This document shows, piece by piece, positions 19,625-26,852 of a stretch of DNA of 58,476 nt. Numbering within the stretch: position 1 is the first letter of the stretch; each line of letters starts with the position of its first letter. The position numbers and the translations under genes were made by a program. Source of the stretch: a virus (lineage: Duplodnaviria; Caudoviricetes); IMG/VR virus record IMGVR_UViG_3300025251_000014, positions 1 through 58,476 of that record; one strand, written 5' to 3'. The notes below the pieces were generated by a model. The model did not search any database. It saw only the letters and a list, made by a program, of their open reading frames with translations, and was not told the origin of the DNA.

Positions 19625-20556
19625 TAATACACCATTCCTTCGTACATATCATCATCCCACCAGTCATCAAGAGGATCATCATTATAACTTCCATATATAT
19701 TCATACCAGAGGTTTTATACTCTACAAACTTATATGGAAATAAGTGTAATAACTTTTCCTTTTGATTTTCAGGAAGTAATCTTACCTGATATAAAGAATC
19801 TTCTTTCTTAAGTTCCTCATTCAGCTTTTCTATACCTTCCTTGTATAAAGGATAGCTAATAGTACCAGCTATAAGATCAGTATTAAGCTCATCTACATCC
19901 TCTATTACTTCATTGACATGTTTAGGCTTTTTTGTTAGCATAGCCTCACCTAAAGGAAGTCTTCTTTGATTATCATATTCTGGCCAACCATCAGCATAGG
20001 TAGTAGACTTTTTCATACTACCATTGTACATATGTGTTGGTCTAGTATATGTAAAAGGTTTCTCTTTAGTACAAAGAGCTTCTACTTCTTTCTTTATAGC
20101 TTTGGTTACTTTAGTTTTGCCATAAATAGTAAGCTCTTCATCTGAATGTACTTCAAATGGCTCCCATACAGAAACCCTAAATTTGTATTCTTCCTTCAGA
20201 TTTACTACCAAAGCAAAAGAAAAGTCCCCTTCATTAAACTCATCTATAGCTTTTAGGTCAGTAGAAGACCAGAAAGCCTTCATAGTGTGATGACTATGCC
20301 ACCAGCAAAATCTATACTCTTCATCACCCATTATTTTAGCTGTCTTAGTATAATAGTTAGCTAATGCATCCTTATCTAATACTGTGTTACCTGTCGATAT
20401 TTCCTGTTTTAGAATGACTGGTTTCTTTATCTCCCAATCACCATCTTTGTCTTTAACAACAACAGACATACCACCTATCTCGCTCTTTTCAGTTTCATAA
20501 GCGTGTTCAGAGTAGCCTATTATCTTATTCCATGCATTATTTTGTATATAAAACAT
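19624..20556 (-). CDS. JAB/MPN+ (JAMM) metallopeptidase with C-terminal extension
   Basis: E26 (SEIGG) and WWHSHHTMKAFWSSTD = H87-x-H89-x7-S97-xx-D100; TAATG-coupled to the E1 gene. Confidence 0.92.
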   Translation of the reverse strand: MFYIQNNAWNKIIGYSEHAYETEKSEIGGMSVVVKDKDGDWEIKKPVILKQEISTGNTVLDKDALANYYTKTAKIMGDEEYRFCWWHSHHTMKAFWSSTDLKAIDEFNEGDFSFALVVNLKEEYKFRVSVWEPFEVHSDEELTIYGKTKVTKAIKKEVEALCTKEKPFTYTRPTHMYNGSMKKSTTYADGWPEYDNQRRLPLGEAMLTKKPKHVNEVIEDVDELNTDLIAGTISYPLYKEGIEKLNEELKKEDSLYQVRLLPENQKEKLLHLFPYKFVEYKTSGMNIYGSYNDDPLDDWWDDDMYEGMVY

Positions 20557-20570
20557 TTCATCTCCTTTAG

Positions 20571-21290
20571 TTAATCGTTTTTTTGTTCTTTATTTTCCCT
20601 TACCATTTCATATAAAGCATTCTCTATAAATGCCTGTACAATCTTCTGTACTAAGTCATCTGGAATATGTAAAGATAAAGAACCATCACCTTCTTCTTCG
20701 CACTCTATTTTATGGCATGTTCTATAATGTTCATCACACCACCACATATTGTTTCTTCGGCTTGTGGCAATTTCTCTACAACCAATATTAACACAGTAAA
20801 CCATTATATGTTCATCTTTAGTCCTATCTTGGGCTTCATCTTGGGCTTGTATCGTTTTGTTGGTGTCAACAATACGTTCATCTTCTACCATTTTGTCAAC
20901 GTCAGCAATTGCGCCTAATAGCTTACGACCATCATGAAAGTGTTCCTCACACCACCATGCATTCTTAATTCGGGCAACAGCAAGTTGCCCACAATCCATT
21001 TTAGCACAGTAAGGTTTTACAAATCTATCTTGGGCACCTTCTTCTTCGCACTTATGGTCTAATTGTGGGATACAATCAAGTGGCTTATCCCAAGCATCTG
21101 TCATATCCTTATAATCAGGATAATTAAAATCTCTAACTGATGTTACAGTACCCCTTCTCTCGCAATAATCACACTTACCATTCCAGTATGTAACTGGAAA
21201 TTCGTGTGGAGTACCAAGTTTTGTCCCACAATCTCCACATATATCACAAGTTTCTATTTGTGGCTCATTTGCTTTCTTTTTGTGGCTCAT
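20571..21290 (-). CDS. Multi-zinc-finger protein, 239 aa
   Basis: CDICGDC...CDYC, then two repeats of AQDR..YC....C...A.......WWC.EH. Confidence 0.65.
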   Translation of the reverse strand: MSHKKKANEPQIETCDICGDCGTKLGTPHEFPVTYWNGKCDYCERRGTVTSVRDFNYPDYKDMTDAWDKPLDCIPQLDHKCEEEGAQDRFVKPYCAKMDCGQLAVARIKNAWWCEEHFHDGRKLLGAIADVDKMVEDERIVDTNKTIQAQDEAQDRTKDEHIMVYCVNIGCREIATSRRNNMWWCDEHYRTCHKIECEEEGDGSLSLHIPDDLVQKIVQAFIENALYEMVRENKEQKND

Positions 21291-21487
21291 TTCTTACTCA
21301 CTTTCTTTAATGAGCAATATTCTGTATCGAAATCCTCTATTGCTACTACATACCCACATTCGTGGGTAAGTTCTGACACTATTGTCTCTAATCTGTCTAT
21401 TCTACTTGACAGTTTCTTGACGTGTTCTTTGGTTGTTTTATTACTTCCTGCTTCCCATAAATGGTATCTTCTTCCAAACATTCTCAT
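21287..21487 (-). CDS. Hypothetical protein, 66 aa
   Basis: ORF track; ATGA overlaps; GGAG RBS. Confidence 0.6.
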   Translation of the reverse strand: MRMFGRRYHLWEAGSNKTTKEHVKKLSSRIDRLETIVSELTHECGYVVAIEDFDTEYCSLKKVSKK

Positions 21488-21675
21488 AGCATCTCCTTTT
21501 TATTAAATTCCCACATAAAATCTTCAGGTTCGTTTTCAGTGATGTTCTTTTTGATAAAGTCAAGACAAGCATCCGTGCTTTCAAATCTTAAAACCTCTCC
21601 ATCGTCATCCAACAAATATTCATTACCATTGAGGCTTACTCCCTCTATTGGTCTGCCTATACAATATTCTTTCAT
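21484..21675 (-). CDS. Hypothetical protein, 63 aa
   Basis: ORF track; AAGGAG RBS. Confidence 0.65.
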   Translation of the reverse strand: MKEYCIGRPIEGVSLNGNEYLLDDDGEVLRFESTDACLDFIKKNITENEPEDFMWEFNKKEML

Positions 21676-21706
21676 TTTATTTCTCCTTTATTTCTTGTTT
21701 TATCCA

Positions 21707-21985
21707 TCATTCATCTCCTTTCAACGCTAAAATCAGCATTTTTACAGAGCCAACTGTTTTGTACGAATATGTACTTGGCACAAATTCAATATCTACCTCT
21801 ACTTCAGTTCCACCGACATAAGAATATAATTCAACTCCATTGATAGTTAATTCGTACCTATTAACTGTGTCAAAAGATTTCCTAAACCCAAACTCCTTCA
21901 ATGTTTCATCTGTGAGGAGTCTATCTTCATCGTCTATATCAACTCCAAATGTTGTACCCATTCTTTCTCTTTTATTGGTTTGCAA
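21707..21985 (-). CDS. Hypothetical protein (likely start 21961, MGTTF)
   Basis: ORF track; AGAGAAAGAATG motif precedes 21961. Confidence 0.6.
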   Translation of the reverse strand: MQTNKRERMGTTFGVDIDDEDRLLTDETLKEFGFRKSFDTVNRYELTINGVELYSYVGGTEVEVDIEFVPSTYSYKTVGSVKMLILALKGDE

Positions 21986-22110
21986 TATGCTTTTTTTCCT
22001 GTTGTATCACAGCGACTTAAATAACCTCTTTTAAACATAAGGATTTTACTTTCTTTTAGCCTCATATCTCTTACAAATATATTATTACAATGTGGGCAAA
22101 GGAATTTCAT
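21934..22110 (-). CDS. Small Cys-containing protein, 58 aa (MKFLCPHC...)
   Basis: Read manually; preceded by the AAAGGAGAAAGAATG repeat. Confidence 0.6.
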   Translation of the reverse strand: MKFLCPHCNNIFVRDMRLKESKILMFKRGYLSRCDTTGKKAYCKPIKEKEWVQHLELI

Positions 22111-22244
22111 TCTTTCTCCTTTAACTCTATAATTGAAGTATTTAAACTATTAATAGCCTCTTTCAATGTATCTGATAAAAGCCCTTTTCCATTCCAGACT
22201 ACAATAACTGTACCTGATTCAAGTTCTTCTATTTTCTTCACCAT
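22107..22244 (-). CDS. Hypothetical protein, 45 aa (MVKKIEE...LKEKE)
   Basis: Read manually; GGAGAAAGAATG start motif; ATGA overlap with the next gene. Confidence 0.55.
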   Translation of the reverse strand: MVKKIEELESGTVIVVWNGKGLLSDTLKEAINSLNTSIIELKEKE

Positions 22245-22429
22245 TCTTTCTCCAATCTTAACTGTAAGGCAATAATATATGTACCCATAGCCCTTATCTG
22301 TATCTCCAAAAGATGCTTTTCTCTTGTTGGTAGAGTTGCATATTCTCCTGAATCAAGAAATGCTGAAAGTTTAGAATATTTTTCTTGCATATCTTCAAGT
22401 TCAATGTTTAGTTTTTCTATGTTTTTCAT
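22238..22429 (-). CDS. crAss001_48-like small helical protein
   Basis: E..D..EK..KL..F......L...EK.LL..Q...M..Y...L..R pattern; AAGGAG RBS. Confidence 0.65.
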   Translation of the reverse strand: MKNIEKLNIELEDMQEKYSKLSAFLDSGEYATLPTREKHLLEIQIRAMGTYIIALQLRLEKEW

Positions 22430-22451
22430 TATTCTTTCTCCTTTGTTATTG

Positions 22452-22535
22452 TGGGTAGAGATGGATTTGCACCAACGAACTCCTAAGAGGACAGTTTTAC
22501 AGACTGTCTGCTTTAGCTAACTTGCATATCTACCC
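22452..22535 (-). tRNA. tRNA-Tyr(GTA)
   Basis: Acceptor GGGTAGA/TCTACCC, anticodon arm ACAGT-CTGTAAA-ACTGT, long variable arm, T-arm with GGTGCAAATCC; no encoded CCA. Confidence 0.9.
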
Positions 22536-22542
22536 ATAAATT

Positions 22543-22695
22543 TCATTCTTTCTCCTTTAATAATGCTTTGATTGGCTCAATATATTCATTCTGCTGATGG
22601 GAGTATTCCCAAGGTTCTAAGATATTAATCATCCATAAACCAATCCATATTGCTAATCTTTGCCTTAATGTGAACATTTTAATTTCTACTTTCAT
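22543..22695 (-). CDS. Hypothetical protein, 50 aa, one hydrophobic segment (ends LKEKE)
   Basis: Read manually; flanked by AAAGGAGAAAGAATG repeats. Confidence 0.6.
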   Translation of the reverse strand: MKVEIKMFTLRQRLAIWIGLWMINILEPWEYSHQQNEYIEPIKALLKEKE

Positions 22696-22705
22696 TCTTT
22701 CTCCT

Positions 22706-22855
22706 TTATTGTTTCTTTCTTTTTGGAAAAATCTCCCACAGATCTTGTAAAACTTGATTTATGGCATTTTCTGTTATTTCGTAACTGCTATAAATATCAC
22801 AGTAATTTTTTATAACTGCTATTTCAAACAGTTGGTTTTTAAGATTTCTTGTCAT
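22706..22855 (-). CDS. Hypothetical protein, 49 aa (MTRNLKNQ...)
   Basis: Read manually; AAGGAG RBS. Confidence 0.55.
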   Translation of the reverse strand: MTRNLKNQLFEIAVIKNYCDIYSSYEITENAINQVLQDLWEIFPKRKKQ

Positions 22856-23126
22856 TCTCTTTCTCCTTGAATTTTAGGGCAAATGAAGTTAATTCTCCTT
22901 CAAGTTTTGTACTGTCTGTCGTAACAAGACAATCACTCTGCCCCAATTCTTCTAACCAAAGTTTTACAAGTTTTGCTTTTGGAAAATGGTCATGTCCAGT
23001 ATTCTTTTTAGATAGTTCATAATAGTATCCATCTTCAATATATACTCTATATTCATTTCTATAATCTTTTATGTGTTTAATACTTGCAACATTTATGTAA
23101 CTGTTATGTGTTGTTTGAATAATCAT
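22839..23126 (-). CDS. Hypothetical protein, 95 aa (N-terminus loosely LytTR-like: THNSYINVASIKHI)
   Basis: ORF track; AAGGAGAAAG RBS. Confidence 0.6.
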   Translation of the reverse strand: MIIQTTHNSYINVASIKHIKDYRNEYRVYIEDGYYYELSKKNTGHDHFPKAKLVKLWLEELGQSDCLVTTDSTKLEGELTSFALKFKEKENDKKS

Positions 23127-23168
23127 TTTCTTTCTCCTTATAAACTGTCGTTAATTACTATTAGTTTT

Positions 23169-23458
23169 TAGCAAGGATGTGGTCTGTCACCCCCACATCT
23201 CTCGTTTATGTAACGAGGTTCTTTCATCAACTTACATTAGTAAGTGAGCATTTGTTATAGGCATGAAGCCATTTAGACAAGTGGACATTTGAAGTAATCC
23301 TTGCTATCACTTGCTATTGGTACAAAGTACCGACCTGTGCAATTACAATTCCGTCTATAGCCACATCACCCACCTGTTAATGCCTTATACTCGTAAGCAT
23401 AAGCACCCTAACATACGTCTTGGTGGACGCAGTGTTGTCACTGTATAGACGGAATTGT
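23169..23458 (-). ncRNA. Two adjacent candidate structured RNA elements
   Basis: 10-bp closing stem 23169-78/23297-306 and perfect 15-bp closing stem 23345-59/23444-58, each with internal hairpins; no ORF. Confidence 0.5.
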
Positions 23459-23487
23459 CAACTCTAGAAGGTTGATATTGGCATTTG

Positions 23488-23646
23488 TCAACCCTGATCA
23501 AATCCGCCAAATATATCTGTCATTCCCTTTGGCAGTTCGGTTTTCTGATTATAACAATCAGTACAGGTGGCATAGAATGGTTTAATCCTGCCTTTGTTTA
23601 GTTCTAGTACCACTTTATCACATTTAATACACTTTATTTTTCTCAT
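23488..23646 (-). CDS. Small zinc-ribbon protein, 52 aa (MRKIKCIKC...TCTDC)
   Basis: Read manually; two CxxC pairs. Confidence 0.55.
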   Translation of the reverse strand: MRKIKCIKCDKVVLELNKGRIKPFYATCTDCYNQKTELPKGMTDIFGGFDQG

Positions 23647-23684
23647 TCTAAATATAGTAAGTTATCATTTTTGTTAATTTATTG

Positions 23685-23759
23685 TTGCGGGCACAGGAGT
23701 CGAACCTGCTATCTCCAGGATATGAACCTGGCGGTGATTATCCGTTTCACTCGCCCGCT
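23685..23759 (-). tRNA. tRNA-Met(CAT), initiator-like
   Basis: Acceptor AGCGGGC/GCCCGCA with a 1:72 mismatch, anticodon arm CCAGG-TTCATAT-CCTGG, T-arm GCAGG-TTCGACT-CCTGT; no encoded CCA. Confidence 0.88.
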
Positions 23760-23803
23760 AAACCTTCTTGTTCGCTCTTGGTACAAGAATAGACCATAGG
23801 AAG

Positions 23804-23866
23804 GGGGAGAGCTAACTAGGCCGTCCCATGCCAACTTAAGTAGCACCTAGCGTAAGCGCCCTCCCC
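23804..23866 (-). ncRNA. Candidate structured RNA element just 3' of the E2-like gene
   Basis: Minus-strand closing stem GGGGAGGGC/GCTCTCCCC (G-U only on this strand) plus a CTAGG/CCTAG stem. Confidence 0.45.
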
Positions 23867-23870
23867 AATT

Positions 23871-25904
23871 CTAAAGATTCTGTGTACCACCTCCCATTTG
23901 TGTGGCCCACCTTAATACTCTTTGTTCATGAGTCAAATCATCATCATCTTCAACTTCATTACGAGGAAGGTTATCCCCAGATCCTACTGTATCTTGAAAT
24001 CCTTCATCAAGTGTGAAACCTCGAAGAACATCTGCTGTAGTTCTTGTAGGAAATACATCATCTACAGAAGAAGGAGGATTGTCTGAAACTTCTTCTCCCC
24101 TTTCCTCTATGCGTGCTTCCTGTCTATTTTTAGCACCATTAAGTGAAACTCCGTCTAATGTATCAAGTATGAATTTCCTAGTAATGTTATACTTTTTGAT
24201 ATTCTCAAATATCCTTTTGTGTACCAGTTCAAGGTTCATAGCATTGTGATATCTACCCATAGTATGAATGATAAACTGAGTAGTCTCCAAAACATCAAAG
24301 TCATCATTATCTCCATATTTTTCATACTCAGATGCAAATGCTAAGTCTGCCAATCTTTGCCATAAATAGAGATTATAAGTCTTATCTACTGTCCGGTAAA
24401 ATTGAAACTGCTTCATATCTTCTATATAAACCTCTGGATATCTATTAACTTCAACTCCTTCTGCAGCCTGTCTTATATCACCAATTGTCTCAAACAAAGT
24501 AGAAAATTCAAGATTGTTACCAAGTATAGCTTCTGTTTCTGGTAACATCTCATCATCTCCATATATCTGTTTCATAACATCATAAGCATAGCAATCATCC
24601 TGAAATGTACATTCAACACAAGGAAAGTCTTCTATTTTAACATGATTAATATATTGTACTTGCCTTTCTTCTTGCACTGTACGTGGATAAGAGTTTCTAC
24701 TTCTAGATGAAGTTTGACTATAGCCTGCTAATGCATTATGTAAATATTGTAGAAATTTACAATCACCAACACTATTTAAGTTACCACAAGTATAATAATT
24801 ATCATTATCACTTGGTTGTATGTTACTAACATGTTCATTATTTCCCATACTTTTTAACATCCTAAAGTTGGCTAAAGGATTAGTTTGAGGTATATAATAA
24901 GTATATAACCATGTCTTAATGTGTGTAATATGAGCTGATAGCTGCATATTTAACAAAGTACTAGACAGTTCACCACTCATGTTACCTCTACATATATGTT
25001 GGAAATGAAAGTCATCTATACCATCTAGTTCCATTTTATACTTATCATGAGTTTCACCTATATATGGATGTCTATTTAGAAGCATGTTATCAAAGAATAA
25101 ACAACCAATAGCAAAGCTTAATCCATTTCTATTAGCTATAACATCACCATCTCTTTTCCATAGATTGGCTAATAAAGTGAATAAATGAACACCTGTATAT
25201 ACCATAAGTACATTGTTTGTAGGTATAAGGTCTTCTTTCACTTTAGTACTTCCTTCATCATCAAAACATATCTGTTGTACAAACATTGTCTCATTGGTAA
25301 AAATTGTTTTAAAGATAAGCATAAAGTTAACAGAGGTAGGACTATCTACATCTACTACATTAAGATAGCCTGAAGAACCATTACCATTATACCCTCTTGA
25401 GTTAGTAGTTCTAGTCATACCTGCAACGTATGGCTCTATAGTAACATCAGGATAAAGCTTATTAATAGTTGCAATTTCTTTATCTATGCGTTCTAACAGT
25501 TTACCATACTCCTCTTCTAGGTCTTCAGTATTATCTTGCCAACCTATACCAAGTGTTTTGATATTTCTTATCTGCATCTCTAGTTCAAGAGTTTGTTGTT
25601 TAAAGTGACGATATCTCCATTGAAACCTGCCTATCCTATCAAAAATAGAATGTAAACCCCTGGGTTTCATATCCCAACGTAAGACATTCCTACCATAAGC
25701 TTTCTTTATATCATTATAAGCACCAGGTTTAAAGTTAAACTGTCTATTTAACTGTAAATTAGTACCATAAGTATTGTTATAACTTTCTAGTGATCGTAAT
25801 AGATCTCCTTGTGGACCTATATGGATATTGTCTACTAACTGTTTTAAGTCAACTACAAAATCTTTTAAGGGAACCATGTGTCCTTCTAAGTCTTTCATGT
25901 TCAT
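23871..25904 (-). CDS. Large protein with a prokaryotic E2-like (ubiquitin-conjugating) domain, N-terminal coiled coil and Cys cluster
   Basis: HPYI (nt 25068-70) ... HICRGN (Cys at 24990-92), then helices and TY...NP, the HP.h...hC.G signature of E2 folds; later CGN..DC and CVECTFQDDC; GGAG RBS favours ATG 25904 over the track start 25943; adjacent to the Ubl gene. Confidence 0.65.
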   Translation of the reverse strand: MNMKDLEGHMVPLKDFVVDLKQLVDNIHIGPQGDLLRSLESYNNTYGTNLQLNRQFNFKPGAYNDIKKAYGRNVLRWDMKPRGLHSIFDRIGRFQWRYRHFKQQTLELEMQIRNIKTLGIGWQDNTEDLEEEYGKLLERIDKEIATINKLYPDVTIEPYVAGMTRTTNSRGYNGNGSSGYLNVVDVDSPTSVNFMLIFKTIFTNETMFVQQICFDDEGSTKVKEDLIPTNNVLMVYTGVHLFTLLANLWKRDGDVIANRNGLSFAIGCLFFDNMLLNRHPYIGETHDKYKMELDGIDDFHFQHICRGNMSGELSSTLLNMQLSAHITHIKTWLYTYYIPQTNPLANFRMLKSMGNNEHVSNIQPSDNDNYYTCGNLNSVGDCKFLQYLHNALAGYSQTSSRSRNSYPRTVQEERQVQYINHVKIEDFPCVECTFQDDCYAYDVMKQIYGDDEMLPETEAILGNNLEFSTLFETIGDIRQAAEGVEVNRYPEVYIEDMKQFQFYRTVDKTYNLYLWQRLADLAFASEYEKYGDNDDFDVLETTQFIIHTMGRYHNAMNLELVHKRIFENIKKYNITRKFILDTLDGVSLNGAKNRQEARIEERGEEVSDNPPSSVDDVFPTRTTADVLRGFTLDEGFQDTVGSGDNLPRNEVEDDDDLTHEQRVLRWATQMGGGTQNL

Positions 25905-25922
25905 AGTTTTATCTCCAATGAT

Positions 25923-26001
25923 AGACATAGGGGATGATGACAATTCTTTTAGCTTGCATTGCGAAGTTTCTCAAGAGCATTGACCACTCATCCCCATGTC
26001 T
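25923..26001 (-). promoter_or_regulatory. Structured leader between the Ubl and E2-like genes
   Basis: AGACAT(A)GGGGATGA 25923-37 pairs with TCATCCCCATGTCT 25988-26001; internal hairpins; ends just upstream of the E2-like RBS. Confidence 0.5.
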
Positions 26002-26035
26002 GGTTATTTATGTACCCTAACTTTTAGGATATTAC

Positions 26036-26290
26036 CTACACTATTGGTTCAAGTGTAATGGTAAAGCGTACCTTAAAGTTAAGTGTTTCTAATCCACCTG
26101 TTTTGTTGCTGCTAACTGCTGCTACAATGTCACCATCTTGCAGTTCATAGTTATCAGTAACTCCACGTCCATTGACAGCTACGGTTGCATTTGCAGCTAT
26201 ATCTAGCTCTTCTCGCAATGCACCTACATTAGCGCTGTTGACTTCTCGTTCGGGGAATCCACCCCCACTAAGTACTTTAATATTAGGCAT
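26036..26290 (-). CDS. Ubiquitin-like (ThiS/MoaD beta-grasp) protein precursor; KTGG66 followed by an 18-aa extension
   Basis: NVGALREEL...VAVNG....DNYELQDGDIV.....KTGG is the ThiS/MoaD/prokaryotic Ubl pattern; GGAGG RBS. Confidence 0.88.
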   Translation of the reverse strand: MPNIKVLSGGGFPEREVNSANVGALREELDIAANATVAVNGRGVTDNYELQDGDIVAAVSSNKTGGLETLNFKVRFTITLEPIV

Positions 26291-26473
26291 TTATGCCTCC
26301 TTTGTTATTGTTTCATTGTCACGTAACTTTTTCCATTCAGCCTTTGGTACATACTCGGCTTCATGCTTTTCTACTACCTTCCTAGCATCTTCATCCCTTA
26401 CCCGTAAAAGTGTACCTATGGGTACTTGTTTCCAATGCTGAGAATTCTTTGTTAATGTTTTGATAGTCTTCAT
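26291..26473 (-). CDS. Hypothetical protein, 60 aa, directly upstream of the Ubl gene
   Basis: ORF track; GGAGG RBS; stop abuts the Ubl start. Confidence 0.7.
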   Translation of the reverse strand: MKTIKTLTKNSQHWKQVPIGTLLRVRDEDARKVVEKHEAEYVPKAEWKKLRDNETITKEA

Positions 26474-26486
26474 TGCTATCCTCCAG

Positions 26487-26747
26487 TTATTGTACTCTCC
26501 ATACTCGTATTCTTCGAGGTTTACTTGCAGGTCCAGCTTCTGTTCTTATAGAAATCTTAATATTGCGATCTTTAGCTTCTGCATATAAAGTTGAAGAACA
26601 TCGAGGACTATAATCAGGCATGTTACCATTAATCACAAAACTATCGCCTATATCCAGAGTACTTAGAAATGCATACTTAAGACCTTTATCGTATCTTAAA
26701 CGAGGTCGAGGTACATTCTTTTCTATTGTTATTACATTTGTTGACAT
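26487..26747 (-). CDS. Small putative DNA-binding protein (IEKNVP.P...KY.F...L.IGDSF...RVWR family)
   Basis: Motif pattern common in phage small DNA-binding proteins; AAGGAG RBS. Confidence 0.65.
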   Translation of the reverse strand: MSTNVITIEKNVPRPRLRYDKGLKYAFLSTLDIGDSFVINGNMPDYSPRCSSTLYAEAKDRNIKISIRTEAGPASKPRRIRVWRVQ

Positions 26748-26852
26748 TGCTGTCTCCTTCTTCTTTGGTTATTGTTATTAGTATTAGTAAGATAGCCTGC
26801 CGTACTAATTTAATAATAAAGCAGGCATCTCTCTTTTGTGAGAAGTGGTCAA

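Noticed and set aside
23804-23866. HDV-like (theta) ribozyme next to tRNA-Met
   Set aside because: It lies 5' of the tRNA rather than at its 3' trailer, and I could not build the nested double pseudoknot; kept only as a generic structured element.
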